Shown: positions 47,162 to 56,784 of the stretch, in pieces
How positions within the stretch are numbered: the first letter of the stretch is position 1
How the letters are laid out: each line of letters opens with the position of its first letter
Source: an uncultured Actinomycetes bacterium
GTDB lineage: Bacteria > Actinomycetota > Thermoleophilia > Gaiellales > JAICJC01
DNA length: 64,000 bases
Direction of reading: 5' to 3'
Assembly (NCBI GenBank): GCA_963703275.1
Contig: OY969804.1
Location: forward strand, 3,692,392-3,756,391
Position numbers and translations under genes: made by a program
Notes under the pieces: model-generated
What the model saw: only the letters and a program-made list of their open reading frames with translations
What the model was told of the DNA's origin: nothing
The model's database searches: none

Positions 47162-49219
47162 ATGACGACGAGTAGTGCTGTGAGTTCATCGCCGCCACCG
47201 GATGCTGCAAATTCGCCGACGAGCATTGCGGCGCCTGGAACGCTGCGCCGGCTCCTCGGGCGCATGAGCCGCGGGTCGCGGAACGAGGCCCGGCTCGCGC
47301 GCATCCTCGACCTGTTCGAGGAGCACGTGTACGCCGGCGAGATCACGCCCGACGGCCACTACGTCCATCACGCGTCCGCGGCCACCTACGAGAGCCTCAT
47401 CGGCGGCCCGGTGCCGGAGGGCGTCGAGGTCGGCGAGTTCTGGGAGTCGCGCATCGTCGCCGAGGACTTCCCCCAGTACGAGGCGTTCAACCAGCGGCTT
47501 CTGCGTGGTCAGGACGCCGAGGTCACCTACCGCCTGCTGGGTCTCGACGGGATCACGCGGGTGGCGCGGGATCGCGCCCGCCCGCGCCGCAAGGGTGACG
47601 GCCGCATCCTCGTCGACGGCATCATCTCCGACGTCACCGCCCGCGAGGAGGCGGCCGCCCGCCTGGCCGAGGCCGGCGACCGGTTCACGAGCCTGCTCGA
47701 CGTCGTCGGCGCGCACGTCTATCTCGCCCACGCCCTCCCCGACGGCACGCTGCAGGAGCTGTTCCAGGGCCCCGGCGGCGACCGCCTGCTGGGCGGCGCC
47801 GAGCCGGACTCGGCGATGGAGAACTGGGACGCCGCCGTGCATCCCGAGGATCAGGCCGCCTACAACGCGTTCAACCAGGCGCTCGGCCGGGGCGAGGACG
47901 CGGAGGTGATGTACCGCCTGATCGGCGCCGACGGGATCACCCGCTGGGTGCACGACCGCGGCGCCACGCGCAGCCGCCCGGACGGCACCTATGAGGTGAG
48001 CGGCATCGTCTCGGACGTGACCGAGCGGCGCCGGCTCGAGGACGATCTGCGCCGGAGCATGAGCGAGATGCAGAAGGCCCACCGCGAGCTCGAGCGCGCC
48101 CGCGCCGACGCCGAGCTGCGCGCGGGCACCGACGAGCTCACGGGCACCTTCAACCGGCGCCACTTCGTCCAGATCGCCACCGAGGCGCTCGAGGCCGATC
48201 CCCGCCGGTGCGGCCTGCTCCTGCTCGACGCCGACCACTTCAAGCACATCAACGATGCGTATGGGCACGCGGTCGGAGACGCGGTCCTGATCGACCTTGC
48301 GCAGCGGCTGCGATCGGGTCTCGAGCCCGGAGACTGCCTGGCCCGCTGGGGCGGCGAGGAGTTCGCCGTGCTCCTGCGCGGTGTCGCGTCGGCCCGCGGC
48401 CTGGCCCAGCGGGCCGAGCGCCTGCGGCGAGCGGTCAGCAAGGCGCCGATCGTGCACGAGGCCGTTCGCCTCGACCTGACGATCTCGGTCGGCGCCGCCC
48501 TCTCGGCCCATGACGGCACGAGTCTCGACGCGCTCGTGGACAAGGCCGACGGCTGCCTCTACGCCGCCAAGTACCAGGGCCGAAACCGCGTCTCGCTCCT
48601 TCCCGGAGGTTTCGACGCCGACTCGTCGACCAGCGAGCCCGAGGTGGTGGGGATGGCGCGCGCGCTCGCGTACGCGAGCAGCCTGCGCGAGGGCATTCCC
48701 GAGGAGCACGCCGAAACGGTCGCCCGGCTCGCGGTCATGACCGCCGAGCAGCTCGACCTGCCTGTCGGGGTCGTCCTGCGCTGCCGGCTCGCCGGGTGGC
48801 TGCACGACGTCGGCAAGCTCGCGATCCCCGAGCAGATCCTGACCAAGCCGGGGCCGCTCGACGAGAACGAATGGACGATCATGCGCACGCACCCGGCCGC
48901 CGGGGCCGCGATCGTCCGCCGCGTGGCGGCCCTGCGGGAGGCCGCCGCCGCGGTGCGCCACCACCACGAGCGCTTCGCGGGCCATGGCTACCCCGACGGC
49001 CTGGCCGGCACCGCGATCCCCATCGAGGCGCGCATCGTGGCCGCGGCAGATGCGTACGCCGCGATGACCGCGACCCGGCCGTACTCGGTCGCCCGGTCGC
49101 CGGAGGCGGCCGCGGAGGAGCTCGCGCGGAGCGCGGGCTCGCACCTGGATCCCGCCGTGGTCGACGCGCTCCTCACCGTGCTCGGCTTCGGCGACCAGGT
49201 CGTGCGCAAGGCGGCCTAG
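47162..49219 (+). CDS. PAS-PAS-GGDEF-HD-GYP c-di-GMP signalling protein
   Basis: GGEEF motif (RWGGEEFAVLL). HD-GYP motifs (HDVGKLAIP, HHERFAGHGYP). Start moved to the ATG (MTTSS) downstream of the terminator hairpin. Confidence 0.88.
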   Translation: MTTSSAVSSSPPPDAANSPTSIAAPGTLRRLLGRMSRGSRNEARLARILDLFEEHVYAGEITPDGHYVHHASAATYESLIGGPVPEGVEVGEFWESRIVAEDFPQYEAFNQRLLRGQDAEVTYRLLGLDGITRVARDRARPRRKGDGRILVDGIISDVTAREEAAARLAEAGDRFTSLLDVVGAHVYLAHALPDGTLQELFQGPGGDRLLGGAEPDSAMENWDAAVHPEDQAAYNAFNQALGRGEDAEVMYRLIGADGITRWVHDRGATRSRPDGTYEVSGIVSDVTERRRLEDDLRRSMSEMQKAHRELERARADAELRAGTDELTGTFNRRHFVQIATEALEADPRRCGLLLLDADHFKHINDAYGHAVGDAVLIDLAQRLRSGLEPGDCLARWGGEEFAVLLRGVASARGLAQRAERLRRAVSKAPIVHEAVRLDLTISVGAALSAHDGTSLDALVDKADGCLYAAKYQGRNRVSLLPGGFDADSSTSEPEVVGMARALAYASSLREGIPEEHAETVARLAVMTAEQLDLPVGVVLRCRLAGWLHDVGKLAIPEQILTKPGPLDENEWTIMRTHPAAGAAIVRRVAALREAAAAVRHHHERFAGHGYPDGLAGTAIPIEARIVAAADAYAAMTATRPYSVARSPEAAAEELARSAGSHLDPAVVDALLTVLGFGDQVVRKAA

Positions 49220-50223
49220 ATAAAGGGCATTACCTCGGCCGAGAAGCGGTGCATCATCTCGATCGTCTCCGCCGCCGGCTGGCCGAAGTTCGAGCTCAGG
49301 ATCAACTCGTCGATGCCGGCCTCGGCGTAGCCGGCCAGCCGCTCGATCATCTCCGCCGGTGGGCAGATGACCAGGTTCTGGCCCAGCTCTGCGAGTGACT
49401 GCGCCCGCGGCAGCGGCTCGATCATGCCGCCGCGCACGCTGCCCGGGCCGCTGAAGACGTTGTCGAACCGCTTGTAGTACTCGTGGGCGAGGCCGAGCTT
49501 GTGGCGGGCGTCAGCCTCGTCGCGGGCCGCGTACACGCCGCGCATCAGCGCCAGCCGCAGGTCCGGGCCCGCCGGGCCGGCATCGGCCTGGCCGCTGCGG
49601 AAGGCGTCGACCTGCTCCAGCAGGCGAGCATGCGAGCCGCCGAGAGGCGTGGTCTGGACGTGGAAGCCGCGCCGGGCGGCGTCGCGGATCGCCTCGGGCG
49701 CCATGGCCGCGATCATGATCGGCAGTCTCCGCGACGGCCTCGGCATCACGGTCAGCGGCTCGAACCGGTAATACCGCCCGTCCCACGCCACATCCTCTCC
49801 CTCGAGCAGCGCCTGCAGCACGGCGAGGGTCTCGGTGAACCGGTCGCGGGAGGTCTCGATGGGCACGCCGAGGCGACCCATCTCGTAGCCGAACGCGCCC
49901 CGGCCGACGCCAACGACCAGCCGGCCCTCGCACAGCATGTCCGCCTGCACCGTCTCGCCGGCGAGGATGCGCGGGTCGTGCAGTGGCAGCACCACCACGG
50001 CGGTGACCAGGCGGATCCGGGAGGTGGTGGCCGCGAGCCGCACCGCCAGCTGCAGGGGTGACGGCACGAGCAGGATGTTGATCAGGTGGTGCTCGGGGAT
50101 CGACACCGCGGCGTAGCCGAGCCGGTCGGCGGCCTCCGCCTGCGCGATCATGTCGGCGTAGATGCGGCGCTGGTCACGCTCGCGGTCCGGTAGGAACGCG
50201 GTCAGGAAGTGGTTGCAATCCAT
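49216..50223 (-). CDS. LLM-class (luciferase-like) flavin-dependent oxidoreductase
   Basis: 335 aa from the internal ATG (MDCNHFLTAF). LLM pattern SIPEHH...VVLPLHDP. Confidence 0.82.
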   Translation of the reverse strand: MDCNHFLTAFLPDRERDQRRIYADMIAQAEAADRLGYAAVSIPEHHLINILLVPSPLQLAVRLAATTSRIRLVTAVVVLPLHDPRILAGETVQADMLCEGRLVVGVGRGAFGYEMGRLGVPIETSRDRFTETLAVLQALLEGEDVAWDGRYYRFEPLTVMPRPSRRLPIMIAAMAPEAIRDAARRGFHVQTTPLGGSHARLLEQVDAFRSGQADAGPAGPDLRLALMRGVYAARDEADARHKLGLAHEYYKRFDNVFSGPGSVRGGMIEPLPRAQSLAELGQNLVICPPAEMIERLAGYAEAGIDELILSSNFGQPAAETIEMMHRFSAEVMPFI

Positions 50224-51812
50224 GGCGCACGGTGGACGATGTGGCCCGCGACGATGGTCAGGTCGGCCTCCAGGGCCGGCAGTTCCGCGGGCGGGCTGGA
50301 CAGGGGGTCGCTGCGGTAGACCGCGACGTCTCCGCAGCCCCCGGGGGCGATCACGCCTCGCGCCGCCTCGGCGAACGTGGCGTGGGCGGCAAACCGGGTC
50401 GGCGCGAGCACCGCCTCGGCGAGCGAGACGGCCTCGCTCTCGGGGGGCACCGCCTCGCCCTCGCCGTTGCGGCGCAGCACCATCGCCGCAACCCCGTGCC
50501 ACGGTGTGGTGGCGAACGGCGCCGTGCCCGCGCTGTCGGAGTTCCCGGGCGGCTGCAGGCCGGCCGCGAGCAGCGTCCGGAACGGGAAGGGCAGGTTCGC
50601 CGCCGGGATCGTGCCCGCCCGTGCCGGCCGGTAGCGGTGCATGAACGACGCCGTCGGGACGGGCACGATGCCGGCCGGGGCCAGCCGCGGCAGGATGGCC
50701 GGGTCGCACACCGCATTGCCGACGTGCTCGATGCGCGACCGGTGGTCGGGGTCGGGGTGGGTGCGGTTGGTCTCCTCGACCGCGTCCACCGCGAGCTCCT
50801 GCGCGACGGCGCCCACCGCGTGCATCCAGACCTGCACCCGGTGCTCGCGGCAGTCGGCGAGCACGGCTCGCAGCGCGGCGTAGGGGAAGCCCGGCAGGCC
50901 CCACCCGGCGGGGCCCCGGGCCAGCTGCTCCCGCGTCCAGGCCGCGTCGCCCGCTCCGTCCAGGAACAGCTTGAGCGCGCCCACCGTCAGCCACGGATGG
51001 CTGCCGCCGAGCGACGACCGCAGGTCGAGGAACTCCGTCACGTCGCGGACGGTCGGCTGGTGGCCGGGTGCGAGGATCGGGTTCAGGACGATCCGGCACG
51101 GCAGCTCATCGGCGGCGGCGAGGGTGCGCCACGCGGCGAGCGCCGCCTGTGAGGCGGGGAGCTCGTGGATCGTGGTGACGCCGTGGCGGACGAACGACTC
51201 GGCCGCCTGTGCGGGCAGGCTGCGGGCGAGCCAGGCCGCGTCCGGGCTCGGCGCCGGGAAGAGGTCGAAACCCTCTTCGACGACGCCGCTGGGATGGCCG
51301 TCGGCCGACCGGCGCACACGCGTGCCGACCGGCTCGACGTACCGGCGGTCGATCCCCGCGAGGGCAAGCGCCGTCGAGTTCGCCACCAGCCGGTGCATGC
51401 TCTCCCGGATCACCACCGGGTGCTCGGGCGCGACCCGGTCGAGCTCGCTGCGGTCGGGGAGCGGCTGTCCGAACGTGCCCTGAGCGACGATCCAGTCGCC
51501 GCGGCCGCGCTCGCCGGCGGCGGCGGCCACACGCGCGAGGGTGGTCGGCACGTCGGCGGTGCGCACGTCGAGCCAGAGCCGGTCGGCGAGCGCCGACAGC
51601 TCGAGATGGGCGTGGGCGTCGATCAGGCCCGGCATCGCCACACGGCCGGCCAGGTCGACGATCGCCGTCCCGGCGGGCGCGGCGGCGAGCACGTCCCGGT
51701 CGGAGCCGACGGCGGTGACCAGGCCGGCTTCGATCAGCACCGCCTCGGCCACACTGCCGCCACGGTCGAGCGTGTGGACGCGACCACCGACGAGTGCGAG
51801 GTCGCCGGTCAG
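50202..51812 (-). CDS. metal-dependent amidohydrolase (amidohydrolase_3-like)
   Basis: DLALVGGRVHTLD...MPGLIDAHAHLE...IEHVG. There is no ATG/GTG/TTG at the expected N-terminus. The only candidate is a CTG overlapping the upstream stop. Confidence 0.75.
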   Translation of the reverse strand: MTGDLALVGGRVHTLDRGGSVAEAVLIEAGLVTAVGSDRDVLAAAPAGTAIVDLAGRVAMPGLIDAHAHLELSALADRLWLDVRTADVPTTLARVAAAAGERGRGDWIVAQGTFGQPLPDRSELDRVAPEHPVVIRESMHRLVANSTALALAGIDRRYVEPVGTRVRRSADGHPSGVVEEGFDLFPAPSPDAAWLARSLPAQAAESFVRHGVTTIHELPASQAALAAWRTLAAADELPCRIVLNPILAPGHQPTVRDVTEFLDLRSSLGGSHPWLTVGALKLFLDGAGDAAWTREQLARGPAGWGLPGFPYAALRAVLADCREHRVQVWMHAVGAVAQELAVDAVEETNRTHPDPDHRSRIEHVGNAVCDPAILPRLAPAGIVPVPTASFMHRYRPARAGTIPAANLPFPFRTLLAAGLQPPGNSDSAGTAPFATTPWHGVAAMVLRRNGEGEAVPPESEAVSLAEAVLAPTRFAAHATFAEAARGVIAPGGCGDVAVYRSDPLSSPPAELPALEADLTIVAGHIVHRAPWIATTS

Positions 51813-52975
51813 GGCGTGGCCTCGAGCCGGGGCACGTGCTCGGCGGCCTGGCTCATCGCCCTGCGGAACCGCGGCGACCGCGCGACCACCGGGACGAGCC
51901 GCGAACGCACATCGAGCAGCGGCCGTGGCCAGCGCGTGCCGACCCGCCCATAGATGTAGGAGTAGCGCTGTGTGTGGTCGGTGATCGGGCGCTCGGCGGC
52001 CTCCCAGATGCGCAGGGCGGTGGGCACGTCGGTGTGTGCGGTCACCGCCTGTCCCAGGGCGAGCGCGTTTGCCATCGCGATGCATGCGCCCTGGCCGAGA
52101 TTGGGCGACATGGCATGGGCGGCGTCGCCGACGAGCGCCACCCGGCCGCGCGACCACGCCCGGCAGCGGACGTTGTAGAACGTCAGCCAGCGGCCCTCCG
52201 GATGGCGTGGGATCCGGCGGAGCTGACCGGCGTATGCCGGGTGGGAGCCGATCCACTCGTCGGAATCGAAGGGCTGCTGCAGGCGGCCGCCGATGTCGCT
52301 GCTGGGACAGCACAGGAAGACGTACACCGAGTCGGGGCTGGCCGGGGCGATCCCCAGCCGCCGGCCGCCGTTCCAGGCCTCGATCGTGCTCTGCACCGGG
52401 TCGTCGGGCCGGCGCTCGATCAGGTGGCGTCCGCATCCGTCCTGCAGGTCGATGATGGACGCGGCCAGCCCGAGCGAGTCGCGCACGCGGGAGTGGACGC
52501 CATCGGCCCCGACCACCAGGTCGGCCCGGTCGCCGAATCCGGATGCGAACTCGAGCCGGCCGTCGGCCGTCGCGGCCAGCGCCTGCGAGTTCGTGACGAT
52601 CTCGGCGCCCGCGGCCACCGCGGCGCGCGCAAGGGCGGCGTGCAGGTCGCCGCGCACGGCGACGTAGAGCCGCGAGGCAACCGCCCGCCGCTCGTTGCGG
52701 CGGATGACCAGCCGGTCTCGGTGGTCGCGGACATCCCCGTCGAGAATCAGCTCGGCGCGGCCGGCGACGTCGTCGTAGGCGCCGATGGCCTCGAGGACGC
52801 GCAGGGCGTTCTCGAACAGGTAGATGCCCGCGCCGATCTCGCGCAGCTCCGACGCCTGCTCGTGCACCCGCACCCGCCACCCGCGCTGCGCCAGGACCGC
52901 GGCGACCGTCAGGCCGGCCAGACCCGCTCCGGCCACCTCTGCTCGCCGTTGCTCCAACCGGCACACTCTACGCAA
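51809..52975 (-). CDS. FAD-dependent monooxygenase (UbiH/salicylate-hydroxylase-like)
   Basis: GAGLAGL dinucleotide fold, DLVVGADGVHSRVR, GDAAHAMSPNLGQGA. Confidence 0.85.
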   Translation of the reverse strand: MRRVCRLEQRRAEVAGAGLAGLTVAAVLAQRGWRVRVHEQASELREIGAGIYLFENALRVLEAIGAYDDVAGRAELILDGDVRDHRDRLVIRRNERRAVASRLYVAVRGDLHAALARAAVAAGAEIVTNSQALAATADGRLEFASGFGDRADLVVGADGVHSRVRDSLGLAASIIDLQDGCGRHLIERRPDDPVQSTIEAWNGGRRLGIAPASPDSVYVFLCCPSSDIGGRLQQPFDSDEWIGSHPAYAGQLRRIPRHPEGRWLTFYNVRCRAWSRGRVALVGDAAHAMSPNLGQGACIAMANALALGQAVTAHTDVPTALRIWEAAERPITDHTQRYSYIYGRVGTRWPRPLLDVRSRLVPVVARSPRFRRAMSQAAEHVPRLEATP

Positions 52976-53041
52976 TCCGGTGAATGGCGGTCAGCACGTG
53001 GCGGGTGTAGGTTCGGGCGGCAACCGACAAGGAGTTGGATC

Positions 53042-53575
53042 ATGCGGAATCGACTGGTTGGTGGAGCAGTGCTCGCCGTTACCGTCGCGGTCGTGATCGC
53101 GGCGGCGGCCGGGACGGCCCTGGCGCACAGGTCGGCGGCAACCACTCCCCGCTGCAGGGTGCGGGCCTTGCAGGTCTGGATCGGGGTCGGCGAGGGCACC
53201 GGGGCGCTCGGAAGCAACTACTACCCGCTCGAGTTCTCCAACATCTCGCGCCGGACGTGTGCGCTGCTCGGTTTTCCCGGAGTCTCGGCCTTCGGCGTCC
53301 ACCAGATCGGCAGGCCGGCGGGGCGGAGCGGAGGGCCCGGAGTGGCGGTGACGCTGGCACCCCACCAGACCGGCCACGCTGTGCTCCAGATCGTGGACGT
53401 CGGGAACTTCCCGCCGGCCACCTGCAAGCCGGTCAAGGCGAGCGAGCTGCGGGTCTTCCCGCCGAATGCGGCCAAGTCGGAGTTCGTCCCGTTCGCCTTC
53501 CGGGCCTGCTCGGGCACCCCGGTCTTCATGCAGGTGAGGCCCGTGCAGCGACGCGTGGGGATCCCCGGATTCTGA
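53042..53575 (+). CDS. secreted DUF4232-like protein
   Basis: Signal peptide AVTVAVVIAAAAGTALA. Cys-spaced pattern C...CALLGFPGVS...C...C. Confidence 0.65.
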   Translation: MRNRLVGGAVLAVTVAVVIAAAAGTALAHRSAATTPRCRVRALQVWIGVGEGTGALGSNYYPLEFSNISRRTCALLGFPGVSAFGVHQIGRPAGRSGGPGVAVTLAPHQTGHAVLQIVDVGNFPPATCKPVKASELRVFPPNAAKSEFVPFAFRACSGTPVFMQVRPVQRRVGIPGF

Positions 53576-53593
53576 CCCAATAGACTGCCCGCG

Positions 53594-54355
53594 ATGGAGC
53601 GGCTCAACGGCAAGGCGGCGCTGATCACCGGCGGCGCGTCGGGGATCGGCCGGGCGACCGCGCAGCTCTTCCTCGAGGAGGGCGCGCGGGTGACGATCGC
53701 CGACCTCAACGGGCCGCTGCTCGAGCAGACCGCCGCCGAGCTCGCAGCGCTGGGCCCGGTGCACACGGTTGTCGGCGACGTCTCGAGCGTTCCCGACGGC
53801 GAGCGGATGGTGCGCGAGGCGGCGGCCGCGCACGGTGCGCTCGACATCGTGGTCTGCGCGGCCGGGATCACCAGCCGCTCCCGCATCGCCGTCCTCGACG
53901 AGGACGAGTTCGACCGCATCATCGCCGTGAACCTGAAGGGCATGTACACGGTCATCCACGCCGCCGTTCCCCGGCTCAAGGAGCAGGGCGGCGGGGTGAT
54001 CGTGACCGTCGGCTCGGAGATGGGGTTCGTCGCCGACCCGAACGCGCCGGCCTACAACGCGAGCAAGGGCGGCGTGATCATGTTCACGAAGTCGATCGCG
54101 GTCGACCTCATCGCCGACAACATCCGCGTGAACTGCCTCTGCCCCGGCATCACCCAGACGCCGCTGCTCGACGAGGAGGTGGCCACCAGCCCCGACCCCG
54201 AGGCCACCCGGGCCGAGTTCGCGCAGTGGGCGCCCATCGGCCGCGCGGCCGACCCCATGGAACAGGCGCGGGGCATCCTCTTTCTGGCCAGCGAGGAGAG
54301 CTCGTTCGCCGTCGGCACCGCCCTGCTCCTCGACGGCGGCTTCACGTCTCGTTAG
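53594..54355 (+). CDS. SDR-family oxidoreductase
   Basis: TGGASGIG, NASK (YxxxK region YNASKGG), PGITQTP. Confidence 0.9.
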   Translation: MERLNGKAALITGGASGIGRATAQLFLEEGARVTIADLNGPLLEQTAAELAALGPVHTVVGDVSSVPDGERMVREAAAAHGALDIVVCAAGITSRSRIAVLDEDEFDRIIAVNLKGMYTVIHAAVPRLKEQGGGVIVTVGSEMGFVADPNAPAYNASKGGVIMFTKSIAVDLIADNIRVNCLCPGITQTPLLDEEVATSPDPEATRAEFAQWAPIGRAADPMEQARGILFLASEESSFAVGTALLLDGGFTSR

Positions 54356-56325
54356 ATCTCGACGTAGGCGCCGACCTCGAACACGCGGTCGGGCGGGATG
54401 TGGTACGACCGGGCGATCGGGGCGGAATTCTGGTGGAGGAGCGCGAACAGGCGCTTGCGCCACCCGGCCAGCTTGCTGTGCCCGGTCGGCAGGATGGTGA
54501 CGTGGTCGACGTAGTAGGACGTGTGCTTCAGGTCGATGTCGAGCCCCTGCCGGCGCGCGAGCCGCAGCGCCTGGACGACGTCGGGCTCGTCCTGGTAGCC
54601 GTAGTTGGCGGTGATCGCGATGAATCCGAGCCGCAGCTTCTGGATCGTGACGCGATCGGCGTCGTCGACGTGCGGCACCCCGAGCGTGTGCAGCTTGACC
54701 ATGATGACGCGCTCGTGGACGATGCCGTTGTGCTCGGCGTTGTTGAGCAGCGCGGTCGGCACCGTCTCGAGTGAGGTGGTGAGGAAGACGGCCGTGCCGG
54801 GGATGCGGTTGGGCGGCTCGTCGATCATGTGGTTGATGTAGCGCCGCAGCGAGACGCGCCCCTCGCGCATCGCCTTGGCGAGGATCAGACGGCCGCGGTG
54901 CCACGTGGTGAGGATGGTGAAGAAGATCGCGCCGACGATGAGCGGGAACCAGCCGCCGCTCAGGAGCTTGGTGAGGTTCGCGGCGAAGAAGGTGAGCTCC
55001 ACGGTGATGAAGAGGGCGGCGCCGGGAATGACCATCCAGAGCGGCTTTCGCCAGACGGTCCGGAACACCACGAAGGCCAGGAACGTGTTCGTTGCGAAGA
55101 TGGCGCTCAGGGCGATGCCGTAGGCGTTGGCGAGGCCGGTGGGTGAGCGGAAGGTGAGCACGAGGACGACGACCGCCGCGAGCAGGAACCAGTTCACGAG
55201 CGGGATGTAGATCTGGCCGATGATGCGCTTCGACGTGTGCCGGATCGTCATCCGCGGCAGGAAGCCGAGCTGGATCACCTGCTGCGTCACCGAGAACGCG
55301 CCCGAGATCACCGCCTGCGAGGCGATCACCGTTGCGACGGTGGCGAGCACGACCATCGCCTTCTGCCCGCTCTGGCCGCCGGGGACGAGCAGGAAGAACG
55401 GGTTCACGATGTCCCGCGGGTGGGCGAGGATCAGCGCCCCCTGGCCCATGTAGTTCAGGATGAGCGCCGGGAAGCACAGGAAGAGCCAGGCGCGCGTGAT
55501 CGCCTTGCGGCCGAAATGGCCCATGTCGGCATAGATCGCCTCGGCGCCCGTCACCGCCAGGAAGACGGAGCCGAGCGCGAGGAAGCCGAGCGTCGGGTCG
55601 TCGGCGAGGAACGCGCCGGCGTAGGTTGGCGAGAGCGCCCGGAGGATGTCGGGATTGGTCGCGACCTCGCGCAGCCCGAGCGCGCCGATCACCACGAACC
55701 AGATCACCATGACGGGGCCGAAGAGCCCGCCGACCGCGCCGGTGCCGAATCGCTGCAGGGCGAACAGGCCGATCAGGATCACCAGCGAGAACGGGACGAT
55801 CTCGGTCGCGAGCGCCGGTGAGGCCACCTTGAGTCCCGACACCGCCGACACCACCGAGATCGCCGGTGTCAGCATTCCGTCGCCATAGAAGAGCGAGGCG
55901 CCGAGCACGCCGACCATCACGAGGCCGGTCTTGCGGCGCGACTTGACCACCCGCTCGATCAGTGCGACGAGCGCCATGATCCCGCCCTCGCCGTGGTTGT
56001 CCACGCGCAGGATCAGGAGCACGTACTTGAGCGTGACGATCAGCGCGAGCGCCCAGAAGATCAGGGACAGCGCGCCGTACACGCGCACCGGGGAGGGGGC
56101 CATCGGATGGTCGCCGCTGAAGATCAGCTGGACGGTGTAGAGGGGGCTCGTCCCGATGTCGCCGTAGACGACGCCGAGCGCGCCCAGCGACAGGGCCAGC
56201 GCACCGAAGCGCGATGACCGGTGCCTGTCGCCGTGGCTGTGCGCGGCCGGCGCCGGCTTGGCCCGGCGAGGAGCCGGGGCCGCCGTGTCGGGGAGCGCCT
56301 GGGTTGGGATGTCGGTCGTGCTCAT
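54352..56325 (-). CDS. kup: KUP/HAK/KT potassium transporter
   Basis: GVVYGDIGTSPLY, NHGEGGIMAL, FYGDGMLTPAISV. 657 aa from the ATG that overlaps the upstream stop. Confidence 0.93.
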   Translation of the reverse strand: MSTTDIPTQALPDTAAPAPRRAKPAPAAHSHGDRHRSSRFGALALSLGALGVVYGDIGTSPLYTVQLIFSGDHPMAPSPVRVYGALSLIFWALALIVTLKYVLLILRVDNHGEGGIMALVALIERVVKSRRKTGLVMVGVLGASLFYGDGMLTPAISVVSAVSGLKVASPALATEIVPFSLVILIGLFALQRFGTGAVGGLFGPVMVIWFVVIGALGLREVATNPDILRALSPTYAGAFLADDPTLGFLALGSVFLAVTGAEAIYADMGHFGRKAITRAWLFLCFPALILNYMGQGALILAHPRDIVNPFFLLVPGGQSGQKAMVVLATVATVIASQAVISGAFSVTQQVIQLGFLPRMTIRHTSKRIIGQIYIPLVNWFLLAAVVVLVLTFRSPTGLANAYGIALSAIFATNTFLAFVVFRTVWRKPLWMVIPGAALFITVELTFFAANLTKLLSGGWFPLIVGAIFFTILTTWHRGRLILAKAMREGRVSLRRYINHMIDEPPNRIPGTAVFLTTSLETVPTALLNNAEHNGIVHERVIMVKLHTLGVPHVDDADRVTIQKLRLGFIAITANYGYQDEPDVVQALRLARRQGLDIDLKHTSYYVDHVTILPTGHSKLAGWRKRLFALLHQNSAPIARSYHIPPDRVFEVGAYVEI

Positions 56326-56784
56326 GGCCGCTGCGTGATCGCCTGTGGTTGCGAGGCCGGCGCCGGCGCCGTCCCGCGTCGGGTGGGCGTCGAGCGGGCC
56401 GGGATGACGACGACCTCCGGGGCGACGCCGCGGGCGGCGCGGCGGATGCTCCAGCCGGCCTTGCCGACGAGGATCAGCGTGTCGACCGGCCAGACGGCCT
56501 GCGAGCAGCGCTGCGACGCTCCGGCAGGGCACGATCTCGACCCGGCCCGGCGGGGTGAGCGATCCCACGAGCGCCTCGGTGGCATCGCGCAGCCTGTCGA
56601 GACGCGCGGCCAGGCGAGGCGGCCAGGCGGTGATCGGCAGCGTCGGCGGGAGCACCGCGGGGATCTGGACGTTCACGACCATCACGGCGCCCCTCGTCCG
56701 CTCCCTCGCGCGGTGGACGGCATCGGCCAGCAGTTGCGGCTGGACGTGCGAGTCGGTGGCGACGATCAGGACGTGATGCCTCAT
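56322..56784 (-). pseudogene. small Usp-like protein interrupted by a 1-nt frameshift
   Basis: Frame A (MRHHVLIVATDSHV...CRSVAALLA) and frame B (QAVWPVDTLILVGKAGW...APEVVVIPA..stop) are both GC3-rich. ATGA couplings are present at both ends. Frame A otherwise reads through into kup. Confidence 0.5.

Noticed and set aside
47186-49144. 652-aa minus-strand ORF opposite the GGDEF-HD-GYP gene
   Set aside because: Antisense shadow ORF. No motifs, and the opposite strand has clear domain signatures.
52991-55477. 828-aa minus-strand ORF
   Set aside because: It spans antisense of the DUF4232 and SDR genes and an alternative frame of kup. The composition is Arg/Pro/His-rich junk.
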